A stretch of DNA of 63,205 bases, filler included. It is 8 parts of 8 records of this genome, joined end to end, with 100 filler letters (N's around TTAATTAATTAA, not from the genome) between each part and the next. Parts side by side here need not be neighbours in the genome. Positions count along the whole stretch, not along the records: positions 30,878 to 37,736 come from SRR31156797_34611; positions 37,837 to 43,424 come from SRR31156797_34613; 6 more parts are not named here. One strand, written 5' to 3'. The notes under the pieces are model-generated. The model made no database searches. It was not told the DNA's origin and saw nothing but the letters and a program-made list of their open reading frames with translations. This document shows, piece after piece, positions 32,152 to 42,542 of the stretch. Made by a program: the position numbers and the translations under genes. Within the stretch, counting starts at the first letter, position 1; every line of letters starts with the position of its first letter.

Positions 32152-32874
32152 TTATTTCTTGCGATGTTTTTCCAGTAGCTCTTTGGCAGTAAAAATGATG
32201 TTTTCATCTAATTCGAAGTATTTATTTAAATATTCCAGAGCTTTTTCTTCAGAATCGTATTTTTCAATATTGCCCTTGCTGCGAATTTGGACGTAATTAC
32301 CGTTGATGTATACAAATTTATCATCAGTAAAACGCGATGCAACAATGGCATTCATATAGTTGAATGATTCGACCCAACTTTTTTGGAAATCTTCGTTATT
32401 TAATGGTTCGATGTGAAATGTATAACGGGTTTTGTGCTGACCATTCGTGATAGTTTGCAATTGATATTGTCCATTCGATATCTGTTGAACGACAAAATCT
32501 ATTACACCATTCCGTTGTATCGAAACGCCTTCTTCCTTGATCTCAAGAGGGGAGTTGATAAGATACCCGGGATCTATCAGGTATCGTTTTCCATCTTGTT
32601 CAATAATGACAAAAAAATGTGGAAAAGTTCTTCTGTGGATATCAGCCTTTACAGGGTATGCCAATATGTTTTCTACTGATAGCGATTTTATTACCAAATT
32701 CACCAGCGAGAAGCAGGTCCCTCCAAAATTCAGGTCACGATGATCCGATAAAACTATCTGGCTATCTCTTGGTCTGTCTATGGAATTCATTTCAAGCCTA
32801 AGTATCTTAGAGATATTCTCGTAAGGAATATTTTCGAGTATTGAAAAGAATTGTATGTCGTTAATGTTTTTCAT
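32152..32874 (-). CDS. Arylamine N-acetyltransferase family protein
   Basis: IPYENI and a Cys-His-Asp triad (GGTCF, PHFF, LIDPG). Confidence 0.8.
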   Translation of the reverse strand: MKNINDIQFFSILENIPYENISKILRLEMNSIDRPRDSQIVLSDHRDLNFGGTCFSLVNLVIKSLSVENILAYPVKADIHRRTFPHFFVIIEQDGKRYLIDPGYLINSPLEIKEEGVSIQRNGVIDFVVQQISNGQYQLQTITNGQHKTRYTFHIEPLNNEDFQKSWVESFNYMNAIVASRFTDDKFVYINGNYVQIRSKGNIEKYDSEEKALEYLNKYFELDENIIFTAKELLEKHRKK

Positions 32875-32916
32875 CCTGTGATAATACAGAAAAAGTAAAA
32901 AATACACAATACATAA

Positions 32917-33020
32917 TTAGTTATGAGTTATAAGTGATGAGTGATGAGTGCCCCAGAATAAGTTATGAGTTATAAGTAATGAGTGATGAGTGCCCAGGAA
33001 TAAGTCATAAGTAATGAGTG
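32917..33020 (+). repeat. Left arm: 42-bp tandem units built from TDATRAG heptamers
   Basis: Units start at 32921, 32963 and 33005 (partial). Each is 4 heptamers plus a 14-bp TGCCC-containing spacer. Confidence 0.9.
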
Positions 33021-33099
33021 GAAACAGAATGTGATGCGTATCACACACAAATATTGGATGTTTAATTTTGTTGAATTATATGCTATTTTCTTTCTTAAA

Positions 33100-33477
33100 A
33101 TGGAGGACGAAGTGAAAAGAGAAGGTGCGATCTTAAGAAAGAGTTATGAGTTTGCATTAGATATTATCGAACAATACGATAAAATTCGTATCAATAAAAA
33201 AGAATTTACATTAAGCAAACAATTAGTTCGGAGTGGGACATCAATAGGTGCTAACGCTAATGAAGCACAACATGCTGAGAGCAGAGCAGATTTTATTCAC
33301 AAACTGGCCATTTCTCAGAAAGAATGTATAGAAACTGAATTTTGGTTAAACCTATTAAAAGACTCATGTTACATAAATCAGAATGAATTTGATGATCTAT
33401 TTGCTAAGGCAAATGAATTACACAAAATGATCACGTCAGCAATAATCACCTCAAAAAATATCCAAAACAAAAGATAA
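33100..33477 (+). CDS. Four-helix-bundle protein (23S rRNA intervening-sequence protein/bAvd-like family)
   Basis: KSYEFA, LSKQLVRSGTSIGAN..EA..AES.ADFIHKL.IS.KE..ET..WL.LL signature. Start at 33100 or 33112. Confidence 0.92.
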   Translation: MEDEVKREGAILRKSYEFALDIIEQYDKIRINKKEFTLSKQLVRSGTSIGANANEAQHAESRADFIHKLAISQKECIETEFWLNLLKDSCYINQNEFDDLFAKANELHKMITSAIITSKNIQNKR

Positions 33478-33486
33478 TATCATATT

Positions 33487-33579
33487 CTCATTACCGTTTT
33501 GGGCACCCATAACTTATAACTCATAACTCATCACTGAATTGAGGGTACTCATCACTCATAATTCATCACTTATAACTAA
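33487..33579 (-). repeat. Right arm: inverted copy of the heptamer/42-bp array
   Basis: Reverse complement reads TTAG TTATAAG TGATGAA TTATGAG TGATGAG TACCCTC AATTCAG TGATGAG TTATGAG TTATAAG TTATGGG TGCCCAA. Confidence 0.9.
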
Positions 33580-33625
33580 AATATTTGTTTGAAAAAAATG
33601 CTCATATTCTTAACTTATTGGCAAT

Positions 33626-34078
33626 ATGAATAAACAAATTTTGAAAGTCATTAAAAAGTACGAAGGTAAGCGTGGTTCTGCGATTCCCATATTGCAGGAA
33701 GTTCAGGAAATTGAGGGCTATATTTCCAAAGATACCATTCGGGATATCTCCGAACGAACAGGTCTACCTTCAGCGGAATTGTTTGGGATCGTAACATTCT
33801 ATTCAATGTTCCGTTTAAAGCCCCAGGGCCGGCATATTATTCGTATCTGCAAGGGAACGGCTTGTCACGTTTCGGGTGCCGATACACTCAGTTCTATGTT
33901 AAGAACACTACTTGATCTGCCGGAAGACGAAACGACAACGGAAGATGGCCGGTTTACACTTTTGGAAGTGGCGTGTCTGGGATGCTGTTCTTTGGCACCC
34001 GTGATCATGATCAATGAAGATACATACGGTAAATTGGCTTCCGATAAGCTCGAAAAAATCTTAGATAAATACGAATAA
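33626..34078 (+). CDS. NuoE/HydC-like [2Fe-2S] subunit
   Basis: VTFYSMF, CKGTAC, CLGCCSLAP. Confidence 0.93.
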   Translation: MNKQILKVIKKYEGKRGSAIPILQEVQEIEGYISKDTIRDISERTGLPSAELFGIVTFYSMFRLKPQGRHIIRICKGTACHVSGADTLSSMLRTLLDLPEDETTTEDGRFTLLEVACLGCCSLAPVIMINEDTYGKLASDKLEKILDKYE

Positions 34079-34083
34079 TCACT

Positions 34084-35835
34084 ATGGTAATCAAAACGAT
34101 CAAAGTTGGAATGGCAAGCTGTGGTATGGCTGCCGGAGCACAAGCGGTTTATGATGCTTTGCAAAATGAGCTACCGGAATCGGTTGAACTGAAAAAAACG
34201 GCCTGTTTAGGTTTTTGCTATGCTGAACCGATGGTTGAAGTCATTGACAGAACAGGTAACAGCCATGTTTACGGTAATCTTTCACCCAGAGATGTAAAGT
34301 TCTTTGTTGAAAATAAACCACCGGAAAAAAAGCTACTTTTATCTGAAAAAGATGATGCGCCTGCCAATAAGAAATTAGCTCGTCAGGTTAGAATTGCAAC
34401 CCGCAATTGCGGTGTGATCGATCCTGATAATATTGAAGAATATGTCGCACGCGATGGTTATAAAGCCCTAAAAACAGCGTGCACAAGATTAAAACCACAA
34501 GAGATCATCGATGAGGTAAAAGAGTCCGGGCTTCGTGGTCGCGGCGGTGCAGGTTTTTCAACGGGATTGAAATGGCAATTTGCAAAAGATGCTCCCGGAG
34601 ATGAAAAGTTTATCATTTGTAATGCTGATGAAGGAGATCCCGGGGCATTTATGGATCGAAATATTCTGGAAAGCGATCCTCATGCCGTATTGGAAGGAAT
34701 GGCGATATGTGCTTATGCCATCGGTGCCAGTGAAGGTTATATCTATTGTCGAGCCGAATATCCTTTAGCAGTCAGAAGATTAAAACAATCCATTAAAGAT
34801 GCAGAAGAAAAGGGCTATCTTGGTGATAATATATTCAACTCGGGCTTTTCGCTGCATCTTAAGTTAAAGGAAGGTGCCGGTGCTTTTGTTTGTGGAGAAG
34901 AAACAGCATTGATCGCATCAATTGAAGGTCAACGCGGTATGCCCAGGTTAAGGCCACCTTTCCCTGCACAATCCGGTTTGTGGAAAAAGCCAACGAATAA
35001 CAATAATGTTGAAACATATGCAAATATTGCATGGATCCTTAATAACGGTGCAGAAGCTTATGCGGCTCACGGTACGGAAAAGAGTAAAGGAACCAAAGTA
35101 TTTGCACTGGCCGGAAAAGTAAAAGAATCCGGATTGGTTGAAGTTCCAATGGGGACAACTCTAAGGGAGATCATTTTTGATATTGGCGGTGGAATAAAGA
35201 ACGATCGTCCTTTTAAAGCCGTTCAGTTGGGTGGTCCCTCCGGAGGCTGTATTCCTGAAGAACATCTGGATACGCCTGTTGACTATGATTCGATATCCAA
35301 ATTGGGTGCGATCATGGGTTCCGGCGGTATGGTGGTGATGGACGACACGACCTGTATGGTCAATATCGCATCATTTTTTCTGGATTTTACGCAAAATGAG
35401 TCTTGCGGCAAATGTACTTTCTGTAGAATTGGTACAAAGCGTATGCTTGAGATCTTGCTGAAGATACAAAAGGGCGAAGGAGCTCTTGAAGATATTGAAA
35501 AACTGGAAGAATTAGCTGAACAGATCATCGCATCATCTCTTTGCGGACTTGGGAAATCAGCACCGAATCCTGTTTTATCGACTCTCAGGTATTTCAAAGA
35601 TGAATATCTGGCGCATATAGAGAAAAAAAGCTGTCCGGCCGGAGTTTGTCAAGACTTGGTGACATATAAGATCATCACAAAGAAATGTACAGGATGTACA
35701 GCTTGTGCCCGTAAATGTCCCACAAAGGCGATCACAGGTGTCGTTAAAGGCCCGCACAAGATAAACCCTGATCTTTGTATCGCCTGTGGAGCATGTTTGG
35801 AAACCTGCCGATTTGGAGCAGTGGAAAGATATTAA
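34084..35835 (+). CDS. NuoF/HydB-like NADH/FMN-binding subunit with N-terminal [2Fe-2S] and C-terminal 2x[4Fe-4S] domains
   Basis: GLRGRGGAGF, CNADEGDPGAFMDR, FVCGEETAL, ESCGKCTFCR, two CxxCxxCxxxC motifs. Confidence 0.95.
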   Translation: MVIKTIKVGMASCGMAAGAQAVYDALQNELPESVELKKTACLGFCYAEPMVEVIDRTGNSHVYGNLSPRDVKFFVENKPPEKKLLLSEKDDAPANKKLARQVRIATRNCGVIDPDNIEEYVARDGYKALKTACTRLKPQEIIDEVKESGLRGRGGAGFSTGLKWQFAKDAPGDEKFIICNADEGDPGAFMDRNILESDPHAVLEGMAICAYAIGASEGYIYCRAEYPLAVRRLKQSIKDAEEKGYLGDNIFNSGFSLHLKLKEGAGAFVCGEETALIASIEGQRGMPRLRPPFPAQSGLWKKPTNNNNVETYANIAWILNNGAEAYAAHGTEKSKGTKVFALAGKVKESGLVEVPMGTTLREIIFDIGGGIKNDRPFKAVQLGGPSGGCIPEEHLDTPVDYDSISKLGAIMGSGGMVVMDDTTCMVNIASFFLDFTQNESCGKCTFCRIGTKRMLEILLKIQKGEGALEDIEKLEELAEQIIASSLCGLGKSAPNPVLSTLRYFKDEYLAHIEKKSCPAGVCQDLVTYKIITKKCTGCTACARKCPTKAITGVVKGPHKINPDLCIACGACLETCRFGAVERY

Positions 35836-35855
35836 ATAAACACAATAAAGATATT

Positions 35856-37736
35856 ATGCACATTTTACTTAACAACAATAAAGTCCCTTGTAAAGAAGGG
35901 CAGACCATTTTGGAAGTCGCACGCGAGAATGGTATATCAATTCCGACCCTTTGTCACGAACCCGAATTGAACGCTTACGGATCATGTTGGGTTTGTTCGG
36001 TCAAGATCGAAGGAATGAACGGTTTTGTCACATCCTGTGGAACGAAAGTCCGTGATGGTATGTCAGTTATTACGGATTCCCCTGAAGTGAAAAAAGCACG
36101 TAAAACTGCTTTGGAACTGCTTCTTTCTGATCATTATGCCGATTGCGAAGCGCCCTGCAAGATCGCTTGCCCGGATCACGTGGATATTCAGACCTATGTT
36201 TCTTTGATCGCGAACGGAAAATTTGAAGAGGCTGTAGAAGTTATCAAAAATAATTTACCGCTGCCGCTATCTGTTGGCCGTGTTTGTCCAGCCTTTTGCG
36301 AAATGGAATGCCGCAGAACCCTGGTAGATGAACCGGTTGCCATTCGTCAGTTGAAACGCTGTGCCGGTGATCTGGAGTTGGATACGGAATGGACCTTTGT
36401 GCATGAGAAAAAAGAATCGAAAAATAAAAAGATCGCCATTATCGGTGCGGGTCCCGCAGGTTTGACCTGTGGATACTATTTAAGTACCGAAGGCTATGAT
36501 ATAGACGTCTTTGAATCCGCTCCACAAGCCGGTGGCTGGCTTAGATACGGGATTCCCGAGTACAGGTTGCCTAAAGCAATTTTAGACCGTGAGATCGAGA
36601 TCATGTGCACGAACGGCATGAAGATACATTATAACACGGAAATGGGCAAAGATGTATTTCTGGCCGATCTGTCAAAAGAATATGAAGCGGTATTTATGGG
36701 TATCGGTGCGCAATTGGGTGCTCCCATGCGGGCCAAGAACGCCAATATTGAAGGCTGTTTGCTGGGAGTCGATTATCTTAGAGACGTCGCTTTGGGTAAA
36801 TCTCCCAATATCGGCAAGAAAGTTGCTATAATCGGAGCGGGTGATGTTGCCATCGACTGTGCAAGAACCGCGTTAAGAGACGGTGCGGATGTTACCTTGC
36901 TTTACAGACGAACCAGAAAAGAGATGCCGGCGGAAGAATACGAGATCGAATCCGCTGAAAAAGAAGGCATTAAATTTGAATTTCTGGTCAATCCCATTGA
37001 AATGATCGATAAAAACGGCAGACTTGATACCGTCGTGATCGAAAAAATGAAATTGGGTGAACCTGATGATAGCGGGCGCCGTCGTCCGGAAGCGACAGGG
37101 GAGACTTACGAAGAAAAATATGATAGCATTATTGCCGCTATCTCTCAAAAAGTCGATGTTTCCTGGCATGAAGATGACAAGAATAAGACAGGTGACGAAC
37201 TTTTGCTCTCTAAATGGAATACAGCCGAATCTGATGAAGCCACCATGCACTGGAACGCTAACATTTTTGCCGGTGGTGATTTCAGAGTTGGCCCCGCTAC
37301 TGCCATTGAAGCCGTTGCAGATGGAAAAATTGCTGCGGTTTCCATAGATCGCTTTTTAAAAGGCGAGTTCATGGAAACAAAACCGCTGTTCAATTCAAGA
37401 AAATCAGACAAGATCAAGGATATGGATCTTGAGGAATTTTCCGAGATCCCCAGAAAGAAAAGACTTAAAGCACGTGAAATAAGCATTAAAGAACGCGAAT
37501 TAAATCATAAAGAAGTAGAAGCTACATTTGAGCAAAAAGATGCCGCAGACGAAGCCGAACGTTGCCTGGAATGCGGCTGTATGGTCAATACAAGCTGTCT
37601 TTTGCGAGAATATTCCACGGAATATGAAGCTGAACAGGATAATTATAGCGGTGAGTTAACTAAACATCCCATTGATGATACGCATCCCTTCATCGCGCGT
37701 GACGCAAATAAATGTATCAATTGCGGTCGTTGTATC
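35856..37736 (+). CDS. Fusion of NuoG-like [2Fe-2S], GltD/NfnB-like FAD/NADPH and Fe-S domains (StnC/SfrA-like, 3' partial)
   Basis: IPTLCH...GSCWVC, GRVCPAFCE, GAGPAG, YGIPEYRLP, YRRT, RCLECGC, KCINCGRC. Confidence 0.85.
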
Positions 37737-37836
37737 NNNNNNNNNNNNNNNNNNNNNNNNNNNNNNNNNNNNNNNNNNNNTTAATTAATTAANNNNNNNN
37801 NNNNNNNNNNNNNNNNNNNNNNNNNNNNNNNNNNNN

Positions 37837-40800
37837 GCCCATGGGAATAAGCTGCTGGGCATGCTGACTGGTCTCCATAATCAGGGGTGACAGCCCCCCC
37901 ACAGTGGAAATGGAGGTGAGCATCACCGCCCGAAACCGCCGCAGGCCGCCCTGGTAGACGGCATCAAAAAAGCCCATCCCTTCGGTGAGGTTCATGTTCA
38001 CCCGTTCGATAAGGACAATGGCGTCGTTGACCACAACCCCTGCCAGGGCCACCATGCCGAAAATCGACAGCAAAGAGAGCATATGGCCCATAACCAGATG
38101 GCCGACCACCGCGCCCACCAGGCCGAAGGGAATGGTGAGCAAAATGAGAAAGGGCTGGATATAGGATCGGAAGATGGTTGCAATGATCAAAAACATCAAC
38201 ATGATCGAAAGGGGTACCCATAGATAAAGGCTGCCAAAGGATTCCGATGACCGTTTGGCATCCCCTTCCAGGTGGACGGCAACATCGGGGTAAGTGACCA
38301 GAATCTCTTTAAACAGCCCATTTGTCAGGCTTTCAGTCACATCACCGGCCACCACATTGACGTTATCCACATTGGCGGACACTTTAATCTGCCGGTAGCC
38401 GTCCTTGCGGACAATGGATGAGGGACCGGGGCCGAAATCAATATCCGCCACCGCAGAAAGCGGAATCCAGGTATTCTCCCCGGTTTTAATTTTCATTTCG
38501 GCAAGGGTCTGACGGGTCTGACGCTCGGCATCGGTGAGACGGACATAGACATCCACCTCGTCATTGTCCCGCTGAATTTTCAGTGCCAGGGCCCCGTAGC
38601 AGGCCTGCTGGATTTCATCGGCCAGGTCATCGGTGCTGATGCCAAGATACCGGGCCTCGTGACGCAGGCTCAATTTCAATTCATTTTTTCCCGGAACATT
38701 ATCGTCAAAAATCTGGGATACCCCGTTGATGGTAAGCAGTTCGGCCTTAATTTTTTCCGACACCGCCGCCATCTGTTCAAGGTCGGTTCCCTGGAGACAA
38801 ATTTCCACAGCCGAGCCCGGAGGGCCGGCGTTAGAGGCACCGATTTCCAGGGACCTGGCCCCGGATATGACGCCGCAGGCCTTTTCCCAGGCAGTAATAA
38901 ATGCATCAGAATGCACCCCGCTTTCCCCAGGATCGGCCAGGGTGATGCGAACCCCGCCCACATGGGGGAAGGAATTGTCCGACTGTCCCATTTTTTCCCC
39001 GGCCTCCTGACCCACCGTGGTCAGACGGTTCGCCACCAGGGACGCACCGGAAAGGGTGTCAAACCCTTCTGCCGCTTCCAGGGCGGCCGCTTCAATCTGT
39101 TTCACTGCAGCCCGGGTGGTTTCAAAGGGAGTGCCTTCGGGAAACTCCACCGTGGCCGTAACAATGGAAGACGCCTTGTCCGGAAATACATTGAATTTGA
39201 TAAACCCACCGGCCACAAGCCCCATGCAGATCATCACAAAGGAGAGGCAAAGACAGACAAAGAGGTAGCGGAACCTGACACAGATACGCAGCAGGGGCTG
39301 GTAAACCCTTTGGGCAGCAATGTCCATGGAGGCGATACTTTTCTTATGAAATTTTGCCACCAGAGCAACCAGGCGGTTACGGGCAGGTTTTTCCCGACCG
39401 GCTTCGGGCAGATCCGAAAGATGGGCCGGCAGGATGGTCAGGCATTCAACAAGAGAGACCAAAAGGCATGCAATCACCGCCGTGGGCAGGGCTACGATGA
39501 ATTTGCCCATCACCCCGTCAATGTGATAGAGGGGAAGAAAAGCGACAATGGTCGTGGCGATGGCCGCCAACACGGGCAGGCCCACTTCGGAGATGCCTTT
39601 GGTCACCGCTTCCAGGGAAAATGCACCGTTTTTCCGGTGAAAAAAAATAGCCTCCCCCACCACAATGGCGTCGTCGGCCACAATACCTAAAACCATAATC
39701 AGGCCGAACAGGGTAACTTTATTCAGGGAAATCCCGTAAAAATGGACAAGAGCAAGGCCCCCAAGCAAGGATACGGGTATTCCCATACCTGCCCAGAAAG
39801 AAATCCGGGTATCCATAAACAGCCAGAGCAGAATAAAAACAAATACAAGGCCTATGGCCGCATTTGAATAAAGGGTGGACAGGTTTGCGCGGATGCTTTC
39901 AGTGTTGTCCGACAAGATAATGATTTCAGATCCTTCAGGAAGCTGGGCATTTTTCTTTTCCTGATATTTTATCACCGTATCGGCAATGTCAATGGAGTCC
40001 TCATCACCGGCCAGAATGTTGATCATCACCGCAGGATGGCCATTGGCCCGGATGGAGAGGTTGTCCTGGGTAAACCCGTCTTTAATCTCTGCCAGGTCCT
40101 TAAGGTAAAGGGTCTGGCCCTTTTCCCCAGACACCACCTTAACAGCCCCCAATTCCTGGCCCGTGTATTTACGGCCCAGGGTCCGCAAACGGATATCTTC
40201 TGCCGTGGTCCTCAGGGTGCCGCCGAAGCGGTTGATACTGTCATTAGCAATGATATCGGCCACCTCTTCCAGGGTGAGATTATACTTGCGAAGGGTGTCC
40301 TGGGAGAGTTCAACGGAAATTTCATAGGCCCGGGTGCCGGAAAGGTTCACCTGATTCACCCCGGGCAGACGCTTGAGTTCCTTTTTAACGGTATCAGCCC
40401 ATTCATTGAGCCGGGCCTCGTCCATGTCACTGACCAGGCCCAGGCTGATAACGGCGTGCTGGATGGAAGGCCGGAAAATAGAAGGCGTGTCAGCATCATC
40501 GGGAAAGGTATTGATACTTTCCACTTCATTGCGGACCCGGTCTAGAAGGCGGTCGGCATCATATCCGTCAAGGACGGTGATCGTAGTCACAGAGGCGCCT
40601 TCAGAAGAAGTGGAGGTATATTCGTCAATCCCTTCCAGGCCATCTATGGCATCTTCTATTTTCCGGGAGATCCCCTCTTCTATTTCTTCGGGATCGGCCC
40701 CGTCATAGGACGCGCTGATGACAATGGTATCCAGATCCATCTGGGGCATATCCTCCCGGACCATGACGGAGCCTGCCAGAAGGCCTGCCGCCATGACGGC

Positions 40801-40857
40801 GCACATGGCCAGATTGGCAAACACCTTGTTCCGGGCAAAGGCAATGAGCAATCCCAT
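37837..40857 (-). CDS. RND efflux transporter permease (AcrB/AcrD/AcrF family, 3' partial)
   Basis: GIVADDAIVVGE, GVVVNDAIVL, RFRAVMLTS motifs, with two large periplasmic loops. Confidence 0.93.
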
Positions 40858-42254
40858 CAGTTGCCACCTTTCGATACCATTGCCATCTTATTGCCGGCCG
40901 GACCCATGACATTTGAACCGGAAAAGGAGACAGCGGTATTTTCAACGGGGTTGGACAATGATGACGTAATCAGAAAATCATTGGGTTCAAAGGCGCCGGC
41001 AACCCAGACATGGGTCGCGTTAGCCGTAATCTGACGGACCTTGAGAGTTTTCAATTTCCTGTCCCGGGACAAAAAGACGGTACTGTCGGCATTGAAGGCA
41101 GTGAGGGGAATTTTTACGGTATTGTCCACATGCCGGCCTTTAAAACTCACATTGCAGAACATACCTTCCACCAAAGGGATGCCGGTGGCGGCCGTTCCGG
41201 CGTTGTTTGCCTTGCCGGCTTCAGCCCCAATGCCGGTCTGCCCGGAAGTAATCCGGACAGCCAGGTAAAGGGTCCTGGAATCGGCATCATACCGGATCAC
41301 CCGATGGATTTTTGCTGCAGCTGAGGCAGCCACCCCGCCGGTAACGCTTTTCACCCGGCACTCCACACTCTCTATACCTGAAAACCAGTTGCCGCTTTTG
41401 CCCAGCCCAAGGACTTCAAAGGCATCTTTATCACTTAAGGGGACCTGGATTTCAAGGACCCGGTCATCGGCCAGGGTCAACGCCGAGGTACCCGCCGCTA
41501 TATAGGCTCCGACTTCAACAGCTTCTGTCTTAATCCGACCGGAAAAAGGGGACGTGATGGTGCATCGGGCCAGGTTCAGTTCAGCGGTTTTCAAATCCGC
41601 CCTATCCTTTGCCAGATCGTTTTGGGCTTCTGTAATCTGCAGGGGGTAAAGGGCTATCGTCTTTTTCAGGCTTTTTTCCGTATCTTCCAGGGAGTTGTAA
41701 CTCTGTTCGGCCGTCTCCACATTGGAGAGAGTACCCACCCGATCATTTTCGTAAAGTGTTTTCAGTCGCTGATATTCAGCCTTGCCCAGCAGGGTATTTT
41801 TTTGGGCAGCAGCCAGTCGGTCTTTGTCCCGGTCAAGGGATGTCCGGTATTGGGCAATGGCCGCCTCATCCAATTTCACCTCTGCCCTGGCCTTTTCCAA
41901 GGCAATGGCATAATCGGTATCGTCAATTTTGAACAAAAGCTCGCCCTTTTTCACCATTCCCCCCTCTTCCAGGGCCGGGTGCTTTTCAACAATATTGCCG
42001 GAAACCTGGGGGGAAATTTCCTGGACATTGACCACATCGGCCTGGCCGTATCCCGAGGCCTTGAGCCGGACAGGAACTGTTTCAACGCAAACGGCAGAGA
42101 CAGCCAGGCCTTTGGGCGGCTCAGGTTTATGGGATGGGACCTGGCGTGAATCGGCCAGCGTTACCATGCCCAGCATACCGGCCCCCACCACGATGATACA
42201 AAGCCCTGCAGTCAGCAGGGGACCCTTAAATTTTTTTATTGTCTTATTGTTCAT
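40857..42254 (-). CDS. RND periplasmic adaptor (membrane fusion protein)
   Basis: N-terminal TM, lipoyl halves (VSGNI..., ITSPFSG), coiled coil. Adjacent to the RND permease. Confidence 0.9.
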   Translation of the reverse strand: MNNKTIKKFKGPLLTAGLCIIVVGAGMLGMVTLADSRQVPSHKPEPPKGLAVSAVCVETVPVRLKASGYGQADVVNVQEISPQVSGNIVEKHPALEEGGMVKKGELLFKIDDTDYAIALEKARAEVKLDEAAIAQYRTSLDRDKDRLAAAQKNTLLGKAEYQRLKTLYENDRVGTLSNVETAEQSYNSLEDTEKSLKKTIALYPLQITEAQNDLAKDRADLKTAELNLARCTITSPFSGRIKTEAVEVGAYIAAGTSALTLADDRVLEIQVPLSDKDAFEVLGLGKSGNWFSGIESVECRVKSVTGGVAASAAAKIHRVIRYDADSRTLYLAVRITSGQTGIGAEAGKANNAGTAATGIPLVEGMFCNVSFKGRHVDNTVKIPLTAFNADSTVFLSRDRKLKTLKVRQITANATHVWVAGAFEPNDFLITSSLSNPVENTAVSFSGSNVMGPAGNKMAMVSKGGN

Positions 42255-42336
42255 GTCATTCTCCTCAATCGTTACACCCTGATTTCAAATACAACTACCC
42301 GATTTGATGATTATGGTTCTGATTTTAGCCAACCAT

Positions 42337-42376
42337 ATGTGGAAAAGGTGTCGATAAAAGGTGAAAAAAATGTGAA
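42337..42376 (-). promoter_or_regulatory. CACMTTT direct repeats upstream of the RND operon, possible response-regulator box
   Basis: Minus strand TTCACATTTTTTTCACCTTTTATCGACACCTTTTCCACAT, upstream of a TAAAAT -10-like hexamer. Confidence 0.35.
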
Positions 42377-42542
42377 ATCGTCACACAGAATAGAAGATTC
42401 TCAAGTAGAGGATGACACAAAAATTGTTACCTCGATGACCTAAATTCCCCCTATCCAATTGAAATTTTGGTTAAAGTACCATAAATATACTGAGTTATTT
42501 TGAACAACTATAACCGAAACGCAGCCTAACCGGATAAAATAG

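Noticed and set aside
32921-33020. 42-bp periodic repeats as a CRISPR array
   Set aside because: The units are directly tandem with no unique spacers, are built of heptamers, and have no cas genes nearby.
33100-33477. Diversity-generating retroelement or 23S rRNA intervening sequence
   Set aside because: No reverse transcriptase, no TR/VR pair and no rRNA sequence on the contig.
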